DNA from: a virus
Lineage: Duplodnaviria; Caudoviricetes
DNA: 41,742 nucleotides
Strand: one strand, 5' to 3'
IMG/VR virus record: IMGVR_UViG_3300035562_000119
Location: 1-41,742 of that record
Within the stretch, counting starts at the first letter, position 1. Each line of letters starts with the position of its first letter. A model generated the notes under the pieces. That model saw only the letters and a program-made list of their open reading frames with translations, was not told the DNA's origin and searched no databases. Shown here piece after piece: positions 9,229 through 17,869 of this stretch. Both the position numbers and the translations under genes were made by a program.

Positions 9229-10531
9229 TGCTCATGCTCCCTGGAGAGTTAATTTTCGCGATACGCAGCGGAGGGGTTTTAAACGCAGCCAGCCAGACGT
9301 TCGGATCACCAGAGAATTCGGTGATACGTCGACCCGCTTCGTCCATTCGGACACGCTTGTGCAGCTGCCCCTGAGTGTTATTCACCTCATCGTCGATGGC
9401 CTTGCGGGCATCTTCGTAGATAGCTCTTTCCAGGACACCCAGCACCGCGGCATCGGAGACGGCGCGAATGTTAATGTCCTTGTTATCAGGGGAATATTTC
9501 TGGAGGGCCATCAGCGCACGTTTGCGGAAATCGAGAGCCTTTTCGCCAGAGAACGGCGACGGAGACTGCTGACCGCAAGCTGTATAAGCGCTGTCACAGC
9601 GCACTCGTGCCTCGGTCATAGCTGAGTCTTCTCGCGCTTTTTCTTCTTCATCCTGCTTGGCTTTTTCCTCTGCTTCTGCAGCATCCTGTTTGGCCTTTTC
9701 TTCGTCTTCCTTTTTCTTAGCCTCAGCGTCTTCGGCATCCTGCCGTTCTTTATCAGCTGCATCCTGCTTCGCCTTTTCTTCCGCTTCGGCCTTTTCCCTT
9801 TCCTCGGCATCCTGTTTCGCTTTTTCGTCGGCATCCTGACGAGTTTTAATCCACTTATCCTGAGAGTCCATTCGCGCGGACATGGCTTCAAGTTTCGTGT
9901 TTACTCCACCCAGCGCGTCGGAAACGGCCTTCGAGAGCAAGCTCTGGAGTTCTTCTTTGTCCATCTCTATGTCACCTTTATTGGTTACCTCGATCCCCTC
10001 GGGGACCCCATCTTTGTCCCAGACTCCGAGGGAGCCGTGGTCTTTCGTTACAACAGCAATGTGGTCGAGCAGGAACGGTTCACCTTCGATAAGAAAATTC
10101 GACTCCCCCTCCTGCCGTTCAATGCATCCGGAGTCACCGCCGAAAATGACCGACGGGCTCGTGGAGACTTCCTCTTTGACGATCTTCGCCACAACCTCTT
10201 TGACGTAGATCCGCACCACAGCCCAGACTTCATCCCCCCGAATGTAGGGAAGCATCACGCTTCCCACGCATCGTTTTTTGAACTCCTCCTCACTCATTGG
10301 TGCCTGTTCAGCATGGTCCCAAAGCACTGGCAACCCGTTGCATCGGAGAAGAAACTCTTCATTGAGATACAGGCTCGGATCCCGCCAGACGAATTCCTTC
10401 AATCCGTAGCGGTATGCCGCGCCAGTTCCCGTTATGCGCAGATTGACCAACCACATATTTGAGAACTGCACAGGCGAAGGAAGAGTGCCGTCACGTATGC
10501 GTTGTGCCGCTTCAAACTCGGTTAAATTCAC
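9221..10531 (-). CDS. Prohead protease-scaffold fusion (DUF2213-like)
   Basis: N-terminal protease-like region (GLPVLWDH, STSP, LLDHIAVV) followed by a charged coiled-coil with QDA..EKAK repeats. Confidence 0.75.
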   Translation of the reverse strand: MNLTEFEAAQRIRDGTLPSPVQFSNMWLVNLRITGTGAAYRYGLKEFVWRDPSLYLNEEFLLRCNGLPVLWDHAEQAPMSEEEFKKRCVGSVMLPYIRGDEVWAVVRIYVKEVVAKIVKEEVSTSPSVIFGGDSGCIERQEGESNFLIEGEPFLLDHIAVVTKDHGSLGVWDKDGVPEGIEVTNKGDIEMDKEELQSLLSKAVSDALGGVNTKLEAMSARMDSQDKWIKTRQDADEKAKQDAEEREKAEAEEKAKQDAADKERQDAEDAEAKKKEDEEKAKQDAAEAEEKAKQDEEEKAREDSAMTEARVRCDSAYTACGQQSPSPFSGEKALDFRKRALMALQKYSPDNKDINIRAVSDAAVLGVLERAIYEDARKAIDDEVNNTQGQLHKRVRMDEAGRRITEFSGDPNVWLAAFKTPPLRIAKINSPGSMSNV

Positions 10532-11342
10532 GTTTTCCCTTCTCCGTTAAAAATTCGATGGGCAGTTTTTGAGGTGCGTAAATCGGGAATACGCCGCAGC
10601 TGCAGAACGGCTCCTCGGCAGCTGCGGTAATTTCGTCATAGAAACCATGCACGGGTTTAATCAGCCCCTGCAGCACGGCCCACGAATCCCTGATGAGGTA
10701 AATCAGCGTGTCTCTGTGCTTATGGTCCACCCGGTAGTTGTATCCGGGCCTGCGCCAGTTCGAGTGCCACTGCAGCGCGATAGCACCGCTCTGAACCGAG
10801 AGGAGGTATTTCACGTTGCTGGCGAGTTTATGGCCCTGGTCAATCGCCACCCGGCGGCTGATAAAGTCCATATCGCTGACTGATTTCCGCATCGCGGATT
10901 TTTGTGCGTTTTTATCGAGTTCGCTCACGCCATCAGGTGGTATTGAAGTGACCCATCCCTGAAAACGCTGCACCGTACGGTCAATGGCCTGTTCACGGTT
11001 GAGCTGTATCAGGTTGGCGCTGGCGAAAATCCGCTTATTGAGTTCCTCGCGAAACTGAGGTTTCAGTTTGTCGAGGGTGACCCTTGTAGGCCCATCAGGA
11101 GGTTGTTCTCGGAGTGCTCCGCCGTGGACGACCAGGCGGCTGTATATGGCGGTAAGGTGTTTACGCGTGACATCGTCGTTTGGTGACTCTCTGCTGGCGG
11201 CAATGCGCAGCTTGTGAGACCAGTCGAGCAGTGAATCCTGTGAATCCCACCCGTTGTTGACGTAATAGTTCACCGCGTCCGTAAGAACCTCGTAGAGACT
11301 CTTAGGCTGCCTCTTTTTCCCCGCCCGGTTCGATGTAGCCAT
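10512..11342 (-). CDS. Head morphogenesis protein (Mu gpF / SPP1 gp7-like)
   Basis: Follows portal; RRVAIDQ, WHS...YRVDHKHRD and EPFCSC motifs; start taken at ATG 11342. Confidence 0.75.
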   Translation of the reverse strand: MATSNRAGKKRQPKSLYEVLTDAVNYYVNNGWDSQDSLLDWSHKLRIAASRESPNDDVTRKHLTAIYSRLVVHGGALREQPPDGPTRVTLDKLKPQFREELNKRIFASANLIQLNREQAIDRTVQRFQGWVTSIPPDGVSELDKNAQKSAMRKSVSDMDFISRRVAIDQGHKLASNVKYLLSVQSGAIALQWHSNWRRPGYNYRVDHKHRDTLIYLIRDSWAVLQGLIKPVHGFYDEITAAAEEPFCSCGVFPIYAPQKLPIEFLTEKGKREFNRV

Positions 11343-12726
11343 TGTTCGGATCCGGTGGTGGTGGTGGTTCGTAGTTTGCGAGCGCCTCAACATCGATAAT
11401 CAGCGGTACATCCCCATAGGTCTGTGTTGCGTTGACTACGCTCGAAAGCCAGTCTGCGATGGTTGCTCGGTTTTCCGGGTCAACATTGGTTGTCAATGCC
11501 GTATAAAGGGCGGTAGCCTGCTGGATCACTTTGCTGTCCGACTCCCGACGCTTGTCCGGTGACTCCTCCACCAGCTCCTGCCAGGTCGCGCTAAATTCAC
11601 GGCGCCACATGTAAAACGTGCTCTCGTAGTCTCCTGTGAAGATATCTGGGAAATCACTCTTCATTGAGTTGAAGAAATCCTCATTCCAGGCGATGTACTG
11701 GACTATTTTTTCGAAATAATCCATCACAGGCTCGATATCCTGCCGCACCCCGTCGATGTACTGACTAACGGCTTTGGAGTCCTCTGAGCCTTCCCCCCAC
11801 CCCTGAGAAAACGCCTCCTCTTTGATGAGAATGGCCGGAACGTCACTGCCCGAAGCAATGTCAGAAATGATGTTGTCTCGCGCGGCATTGAGCGCTCCAT
11901 CGATATTCTGAAGGTTAAGCGACGTCACATCCTCTTTATCGCCAACACTGATCACGCCACCATTACGGGCAAACTTAACCACCTTTCGTTTCATCGCAGT
12001 GGCCATCTCTTTGATGGCATTCATGACAGAACCGTTTTGCGTGGTCTTTGCCACCAACACCCCAGCCTTTTGGCTAACGAGATCGTTAGCGGTCATGGTG
12101 CTGATGTAGGACTTCATCGGGTAAAGAACTCGCTGAAATACACTTCGCCCGGTGAAGCCAAACGTTGAGTTCTGATACTCCAGATAAATAGGCGTACCGT
12201 TAAAGTTTTTCAGCGTTCGTGACGGGTGCCATTTCTTGCCATTAATCTTCAGCGTGCTGTTAGCCTGCTGGAAGAAGCGGCTGTTTGGGTTCTGGTCTGT
12301 AACCATCGACCCGGCGGTATTCAGTGGATCCCAAACGTTGATGTACACGTCCTCCTCCCTCAGACCAAACGTCGGAAGGGGGTTTGCGCAAGGATCTCCA
12401 TCGGTACCGACACCAATCGCCCCAGCGCCGTAACAGCGAGTGATAAAGAAATAATTCTTTATCTTGTCGTTCAACTTCATGCGCTCCCACACTTCACGAA
12501 ACCGCCTCACAACACGTTCGTCCGGATCCGTATCGACGTTGTACTGTCGCGGTTTGCACATCGCCATTGAGATCGGCTTTTCTACCAGTTTCCCGCCGAG
12601 TGGGTGATACATCCATAACAGTTTGCAGAGGTCATAGCCGACTTCGGTACCGGGCTGAATTTCATCAGCATCGAGTATTTTCGTCAGCTCTGCCCCCATA
12701 TTGTCGTTGAGCTGAATTTCCGCCAT
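11302..12726 (-). CDS. Portal protein (DUF1073-like)
   Basis: 474 aa directly after terL; FGFTGRSVFQR and IASGSDVPAILI segments typical of this portal family. Confidence 0.85.
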   Translation of the reverse strand: MAEIQLNDNMGAELTKILDADEIQPGTEVGYDLCKLLWMYHPLGGKLVEKPISMAMCKPRQYNVDTDPDERVVRRFREVWERMKLNDKIKNYFFITRCYGAGAIGVGTDGDPCANPLPTFGLREEDVYINVWDPLNTAGSMVTDQNPNSRFFQQANSTLKINGKKWHPSRTLKNFNGTPIYLEYQNSTFGFTGRSVFQRVLYPMKSYISTMTANDLVSQKAGVLVAKTTQNGSVMNAIKEMATAMKRKVVKFARNGGVISVGDKEDVTSLNLQNIDGALNAARDNIISDIASGSDVPAILIKEEAFSQGWGEGSEDSKAVSQYIDGVRQDIEPVMDYFEKIVQYIAWNEDFFNSMKSDFPDIFTGDYESTFYMWRREFSATWQELVEESPDKRRESDSKVIQQATALYTALTTNVDPENRATIADWLSSVVNATQTYGDVPLIIDVEALANYEPPPPPDPNNGYIEPGGEKEAA

Positions 12727-12741
12727 TACAGAAGTTCCTGT

Positions 12742-14064
12742 TTACAGTGCCTCGTAGTTGCCGAACGCGATGATCAGCCCGTACGTGTAGCAGTCGAAAA
12801 GGTCATCAGCGCGTTTGTGCGCCTTAGGGTCGGCCAGGTGGAACCCGGCGATTTGTTTGATGAGGTGATTGGCGGTGACCTGCTTGAACGTCACCGTCTT
12901 GTCGTACGCTTCCTTGGTGATTTTGCACTTACCCATGAAGTGGTGACCGGAGGCCATCACCGCACGTTCGTCCTTCCCTTTCCCGGTCAGCGCCGACTTG
13001 ATGGGTTTCATGTCCCACCCTTCGGTCTCCGCTTTCTGGTTCAGAATGGCGCCCATCGCCGCGTCTTCCATGAACACGCCCTGACTCCCCAGACGTGGGC
13101 GGCAAATCTTCGCCAGTCGCTCCAGGTTGTCGTAGACGCTCGGCATGTACTCCGGCAGCAGCGACGCCTTAATCTGCGTGACATCCCAATCGATAATCGT
13201 CAGGCGCGGCTCTGAGTAAGTCTCTTCATAGGCGAAGTAAACGAAGCCGGTACCATCGTTCTCTGTGCCGCCTTTAAGGGCCGTATCAGCTATGGCGAAG
13301 ATCATGTCGCAGGTGGTCGGCATCGCCACCGGCAGGTCGTCCTCCATCAGCTTGTTGATATCGAGCAACGCTTCAGCTGACCAGTCGACGAATTCCGCCT
13401 TAAATTCCTGCTGGAAAACACGCGGGTCGTTGCTGGCCTCTTCCTTCGCCAATTCGTCAGGAGGAACAAACGGGTTGCTCGACGTCGGCGCGTGGTGCTC
13501 GTGAAAGCCCAGCGATTTGTCGTTGCAGATGGCGTAGAAGAAGTTGTTGTCGTCGGTACCGTTCGGGGTTGAGAACACCCACGCACGACCGCGACGGGTC
13601 AGCAGTGTTGGCTTGATGGACTTGGGCCAGATTTCATTCAGCATTTCCGGTGATTTGGTAAATGCCGATTCATCCAGCAGCACAACGTCGTATTCGCGCC
13701 CACGCCCGGCTAGCGGGTTGTTGTTCGTCACCCAGAAGTCAATTTTTCCGCCGTTTTTCAGGCGAATCCGACCATCGCTGCGCGACTTTTTCTTGATGAG
13801 CGGCTGCAGCGCTTCTTCCAGATAATCGAAGATTTCCTGCTGCTGTTTGTACTCGGCGGTGAAGATGCCGACCATGCCGCCCTGTAGCCGTTCGCCGCCT
13901 GTCTCCTTGAACAGTGACGTAGCGTAGGAAATGGCAATATTGCCCAGAATAGCGGTCTTACCCCAGCGTCGTCCGCATCGCACGACGTTGTACTGGTGCT
14001 GACTGCCTTCGGTCCATACACGCGACTGAGCGGCATGCAGCTTCCTACAAAAGATTTCTGCCAT
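12742..14064 (-). CDS. terL: Terminase large subunit
   Basis: Walker A GRRWGKT, GRGREYD, Walker B VVLLDE, motif C STP, RNase H-like nuclease (IADTA...ADDLFD). Confidence 0.95.
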   Translation of the reverse strand: MAEIFCRKLHAAQSRVWTEGSQHQYNVVRCGRRWGKTAILGNIAISYATSLFKETGGERLQGGMVGIFTAEYKQQQEIFDYLEEALQPLIKKKSRSDGRIRLKNGGKIDFWVTNNNPLAGRGREYDVVLLDESAFTKSPEMLNEIWPKSIKPTLLTRRGRAWVFSTPNGTDDNNFFYAICNDKSLGFHEHHAPTSSNPFVPPDELAKEEASNDPRVFQQEFKAEFVDWSAEALLDINKLMEDDLPVAMPTTCDMIFAIADTALKGGTENDGTGFVYFAYEETYSEPRLTIIDWDVTQIKASLLPEYMPSVYDNLERLAKICRPRLGSQGVFMEDAAMGAILNQKAETEGWDMKPIKSALTGKGKDERAVMASGHHFMGKCKITKEAYDKTVTFKQVTANHLIKQIAGFHLADPKAHKRADDLFDCYTYGLIIAFGNYEAL

Positions 14065-15188
14065 CAGTCTTCGTCCTCGTCGTTTGCCTCCAGCGGGGTC
14101 TGAACAGCGCCAGGCACCTGCAGGGCGTTATGGACGACGACAAGGTTGTCTCCGTTTTTACCGTTCCGGACGTTCTCAATTTGAGCCTGAAGGAGTTCGT
14201 TGCGCAGACGAAGCGCCTCAAGTTCCAGCGCCTCTTTGTTTGCCGAAGGCTGGTTACCACCTCCCGGCGACGACCCGCGAGTGGCTTTGAGATAGGCCAG
14301 CAACTCCTTGCGAGCAGCCTCCGGACTGGCAATCTTCATCTCCAGCCCGTTCATCGTTTCTTTCACACCCAGATAGCCCCAGCGAGCAGGACCATCGAGC
14401 ATTGTGGAGTCGGCAAAAAATTGCTGCCCCCTCCCTTCCCCGTAGCAACGCGGGCAATCAGGATGAGGAGCAGCAGAATCAACAAAGCCAACTCCACCAA
14501 ATTCAGGAGGGGCGCTCTCGTTTTTTATCGCCAGGTCACAGGCTCGCTCGAACTCGTCCATGTCATTCCACTGGTACTGGTGGTCTTCACCCCAGCAGTA
14601 GCGGCAGTTGACGCGGCGGTATTGAGTCAGCTCGTTCGGGTCCATCGAGGCGATGGAAGAGAGTTGGTGAATGATTTCCGCCTCAGTGAGGGCAAGGCGT
14701 TTCTGACGCTTGTCACGTAGCCAGCGAACAGCACTCATTACCCTGGCATTTCTAAGCATGCGTGAAGCGTTGGAATTGGCCGTTGCACCCTCGCCTTCAT
14801 ATCCGGCAAGGCGGTATGCCTCAGTGAGCGACTTACCCGCAGCAACGTATTGAGCGAAGATTCCCTGCTGCTCAGAAATTCCAAAATAATCAGGGTCGAA
14901 GACGTCGTCCAAATCGTCCGACAATATTTTTTCTGAAATTTTTTCAGGATTTTTTTTCGAGGATTTTTCGGCCCGTTTATGCGCAGTTTGCGCACCATCT
15001 TTTTGCGCAGTTTTTTGCGCAGAATTGCGCAGTTTAGATTGCGCAGTTTTAGGAGGCTTTTTGATGTACCGCCGGGCTGTGGCGTAGTTGAGTCCATTCG
15101 CTTCGCACCATGCCGCCGGAGAGATTCCGGTTCGGGAGTATTCAGCGATGAACTTTTGCTGTAGTGACCCCCAATCCGGTTTACTCAT
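14064..15188 (-). CDS. terS: Terminase small subunit (N-terminal HTH, Zn-finger insert)
   Basis: Coupled to terL (TGATG); MSKPDW...HTH start, TEAYRLAGY...ASRML core, CRYC/CPRC zinc ligands. Confidence 0.88.
   Translation of the reverse strand: MSKPDWGSLQQKFIAEYSRTGISPAAWCEANGLNYATARRYIKKPPKTAQSKLRNSAQKTAQKDGAQTAHKRAEKSSKKNPEKISEKILSDDLDDVFDPDYFGISEQQGIFAQYVAAGKSLTEAYRLAGYEGEGATANSNASRMLRNARVMSAVRWLRDKRQKRLALTEAEIIHQLSSIASMDPNELTQYRRVNCRYCWGEDHQYQWNDMDEFERACDLAIKNESAPPEFGGVGFVDSAAPHPDCPRCYGEGRGQQFFADSTMLDGPARWGYLGVKETMNGLEMKIASPEAARKELLAYLKATRGSSPGGGNQPSANKEALELEALRLRNELLQAQIENVRNGKNGDNLVVVHNALQVPGAVQTPLEANDEDED
14980..15045. repeat. Cluster of six TGCGCA palindromes inside terS (candidate pac region)
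   Basis: TGCGCA at 14980, 14989, 15004, 15016, 15026 and 15040, separated by A/T tracts. Confidence 0.75.
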
Positions 15189-15191
15189 CAG

Positions 15192-15458
15192 TTATTCCTG
15201 GTTCTTCTCCACCTTCAACAACTCGCGGAGAGCAAACGCATCACCTTCCCTTGCGAGTTTGTAGAGCGCCGTTCTCAGCTCGGCTTCGCCTTTGGCTCTG
15301 CCTTTTCGAATACTGGTGTAAAACGCCTGCAGCTGGTCTTTGTCCCGTTTGATGGTGTCGAAATCGATGTCCAGCGCGTCTGCGATTTGCTGCGCCGTCA
15401 TGCGGCAGGCAGCAAGTGCTTCAATCTTCGCCTTGTCGTACTGGATCCGCTGCCTCAT
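15192..15458 (-). CDS. Small HTH protein (TerS-like N-terminal fold)
   Basis: 88 aa; MTAQQIADALDIDFDTI helix-turn-helix; overlaps the ParB-like gene and ends 3 nt before terS. Confidence 0.7.
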   Translation of the reverse strand: MRQRIQYDKAKIEALAACRMTAQQIADALDIDFDTIKRDKDQLQAFYTSIRKGRAKGEAELRTALYKLAREGDAFALRELLKVEKNQE

Positions 15459-16125
15459 CAGGAATTTCCTCCAGCTTCTGAAGCGCCAGCTCGGCGATAG
15501 TCTTCAGGGCTTCGGCGGTATTGATGATGTTCAGCTTGCTCTTGGCATCGATAACGGCTCTGAATACCAGGTCAAAGTCGCTGGCGCGTCCCGCTACAAT
15601 CAGGCGGTCTTTCGCCTTTTTCCCTATTTTTTCCAGCGCCTCTATGAACAGGGCTTTTTCTTCCGGCAGGAAGGCAATCACCATGTCTTCGTAGGTAGGC
15701 TGAACAAACGAGAGTGTCTGCACCTCAACGTCGGTGATTTTGAAATCATCGTCGGTCAGGCCAGAGTAGAGTTTCAGATCCAGGCTGTTTATCGAGTCGT
15801 ACAGCTCCCGGAGGATGTTGCTGTCATCCTTGCCTTTGATGGCGTTGTGACTGAGCTGAATCGCCTTCTGCTCATCCTCCGAGAGTTCGCTAACGATCTC
15901 GATAACGTCAGCTTCTTCCAGCCCGGCTTTTATCGCTGCCTGAGTACGGTGGTTGCCTGACAGCACCGTACCCCGGTAGACGACCGGGAGACTGGTCAGC
16001 ACACCGTCGTTTTTGATGTTGTTAACCAGCCGGGTGAATTCATCCGGATCCATGTAGTGGGCGTTCTTTTCCAGCAGCTTCAGCTCAGCCAGAGCCACGC
16101 GCCGGATGGCGGTTTCAATTGGCAT
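15421..16125 (-). CDS. ParB/Srx N-terminal domain protein
   Basis: KNAHYM...LVNNIKNDG...PVV...VLSGNHRTQAA (GxxR signature)...LSHNAIKG. Confidence 0.85.
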   Translation of the reverse strand: MPIETAIRRVALAELKLLEKNAHYMDPDEFTRLVNNIKNDGVLTSLPVVYRGTVLSGNHRTQAAIKAGLEEADVIEIVSELSEDEQKAIQLSHNAIKGKDDSNILRELYDSINSLDLKLYSGLTDDDFKITDVEVQTLSFVQPTYEDMVIAFLPEEKALFIEALEKIGKKAKDRLIVAGRASDFDLVFRAVIDAKSKLNIINTAEALKTIAELALQKLEEIPDEAADPVRQGED

Positions 16126-17392
16126 ATTTACGGTACCATTCTTGAAAAATTTCCTGCGGCGACTGCTCGCGAACCGCAGACGAGTAATTCAGGAATCCTT
16201 CCCCGCGCTTCGCCAGCTGGTAGATGCCCCGGTACTTCATGGAAACTGGCTTTGTCGTGAACGCAGTGGTGTACACCGACTGGATGTCGATGACGTACTG
16301 GCGATTGATGTGGTCGATGATGCTGCGGCTGGTTGCCAGCATAGGCACCAGCTTTGACAGCTTCCGGTGCCGCGACGTGGAGAAGTCGCTCAGCATGTAG
16401 ATGTTGTGAATTTTGTCACCGTACTGCGCCATCGAGAAGATGAATGCGCCCACCAGCATGCCATCCACAAATACCGCGAAGTTCATCATCCCGGCCTTGT
16501 GGTTGATGCCTTTTGCCAGGTAGATATTTTTCAGGAAATTCAGCTGCTGGGCGTTCAGCTGTTTAATCTCTACCTGGCTGTCAGCGGTCACCGCGTCTGG
16601 ATCGACAATCCGGTACCGGAATGGCTGGGACTTTTTGGTCTCGCGGCGCAGTGATGACCGGGCATCATTTGCGTACATGTAAATCGGCTTGTTGCTGCCG
16701 GCGAACATGATACGCGGCTCGATGTTCTCCATCCGGCGGTCGGACACAATCGCAAAGCTCTGCCCCTCCGCCACCAGCCTGTTAATCAGGTCTTCGGTAT
16801 TTTCCGGATCCCACACGCCATATGACGGTGCCGCCCAGGTGACGCTGGTGTTCACGAATTTGTAGATGTTCTCGTACCCACCCTTGTACGTCGGCGCGAA
16901 CATGATGACGGAACCGTCGTTCTCCCGCGCTGCGTCAATCTGGTGGTGGAAGTCTCCGGCGTGGAACCCGTCAATGGTGAACCCGTCGGTATAGCGCAGG
17001 AGCTTCTCCCGCTCGGTGCGGTGGTAGTCGGCCAGATTACGAATGATGTGCGCGAAATGCGCCTGACTGTATTGATTCGCGCCTTTGTACCGGGCCAGCG
17101 TTATCGCCAGACAGATTGCCGCCGTCGTCGCCACGGCATCGCCGCGCAGCTGGTTCAGCGGCTCCAGACGACCGGAAAATTCAACGCTCATGTCCTGCCC
17201 GGTCAGCAGGTTGCCGACGGCGCAGGACAGCAGCGAAACGTCGTTTCCGAATACCTTTGTATCCGGCATCAGGTTCTTGATAGCGTGTTCTGTACGGAAG
17301 GAACCGGAACAACCGATATACACGCGAGGTTTGAGGTGGATGTTGCCCAGGATCTGGGTGATCAATTTCTTCGGTATCGAGCCTATAAACAT
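16115..17392 (-). CDS. Putative DNA-modifying enzyme: adenine-methyltransferase-like N-terminus fused to a Mom/GNAT-like C-terminus
   Basis: Motif I-like YIGCSGSF, GNDVS, HAGDF, motif IV-like MFAPTY; C-terminal FAVFVDGMLVGAFIF...YMLSDF...RKLSKL...YTTAFT resembles a GNAT fold. Confidence 0.6.
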   Translation of the reverse strand: MFIGSIPKKLITQILGNIHLKPRVYIGCSGSFRTEHAIKNLMPDTKVFGNDVSLLSCAVGNLLTGQDMSVEFSGRLEPLNQLRGDAVATTAAICLAITLARYKGANQYSQAHFAHIIRNLADYHRTEREKLLRYTDGFTIDGFHAGDFHHQIDAARENDGSVIMFAPTYKGGYENIYKFVNTSVTWAAPSYGVWDPENTEDLINRLVAEGQSFAIVSDRRMENIEPRIMFAGSNKPIYMYANDARSSLRRETKKSQPFRYRIVDPDAVTADSQVEIKQLNAQQLNFLKNIYLAKGINHKAGMMNFAVFVDGMLVGAFIFSMAQYGDKIHNIYMLSDFSTSRHRKLSKLVPMLATSRSIIDHINRQYVIDIQSVYTTAFTTKPVSMKYRGIYQLAKRGEGFLNYSSAVREQSPQEIFQEWYRKYAN

Positions 17393-17420
17393 ACATTTCC
17401 CGTTATATATCAGCTATTTA

Positions 17421-17429
17421 TGCTATAAT
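17421..17429 (+). promoter_or_regulatory. Extended -10 promoter for the DUF488-like gene
   Basis: TGCTATAAT matches TGnTATAAT perfectly, ~40 nt before an ATG with GGAAGGAG RBS. Confidence 0.65.
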
Positions 17430-17469
17430 TGATAACGTAAGTTATTGTTTTAAATAGGAAGGAGTTACG

Positions 17470-17838
17470 ATGAAAACGTCCTGTTTTTCCCTCTATCGCG
17501 GCGACGGCCGTATCAGCATTGCCCGTTACGCGCCGCGCAACACGCCAGCCGGGTACCACACTTTTAAAAAGCTGGCACCGGGTGATTGGTTTAATTCGGT
17601 TCCGGTTTCCCGCTATATCGAGCTATACGAGCACGAAATACTGGCGAAACTGAATCCTGAGAAAACGTGGAATGAGCTGCACCTGCTCGCTGGTGATGCT
17701 GAGCCAGTGCTGCTGTGCTGGGAGAAGCCAGGGGAGTTCTGTCACCGGCAGCTGGTTGCCCGGTGGTTCCGGCGAGAGCTGGGGATCGCCGTTGAAGAGT
17801 ACGACCCCCGCGCTACGCCGCAGTATGATTTATTCTGA
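17470..17838 (+). CDS. DUF488-like protein (short subfamily)
   Basis: RISIAR, LAP, LLCWEKPGEFCHRQLV (LLC.E....CHR signature); strong RBS. Confidence 0.78.
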   Translation: MKTSCFSLYRGDGRISIARYAPRNTPAGYHTFKKLAPGDWFNSVPVSRYIELYEHEILAKLNPEKTWNELHLLAGDAEPVLLCWEKPGEFCHRQLVARWFRRELGIAVEEYDPRATPQYDLF

Positions 17839-17845
17839 GGAAATG

Positions 17846-17869
17846 GCCGGGGAAACCCGGCTTTTATTT
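17846..17869 (+). terminator. Rho-independent terminator after the DUF488-like gene
   Basis: GCCGGG-GAAA-CCCGGC followed by TTTTATTT. Confidence 0.75.

Noticed and set aside
9650-9845. GCATCCTG / QDA..EKAK repeats
   Set aside because: In-frame charged coiled-coil repeats expected of a scaffold domain; explained by the protein.
11343-11393. His-rich N-terminal extension (NHHHHR) of the head morphogenesis ORF
   Set aside because: Alternate-frame reading of the portal's poly-Pro codons; the start is more likely at 11342 or later.
11302-12726. Possible anti-CBASS Acb1 call for the DUF1073-like protein
   Set aside because: Size and position after terL indicate a plain portal; no extra HxT/HxS phosphoesterase domain is visible.
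151-17432. Numerous plus-strand ORFs opposite the late genes, and minus-strand ORFs opposite the early genes
   Set aside because: Antisense shadows of well-supported genes, with no RBS or recognisable motifs.
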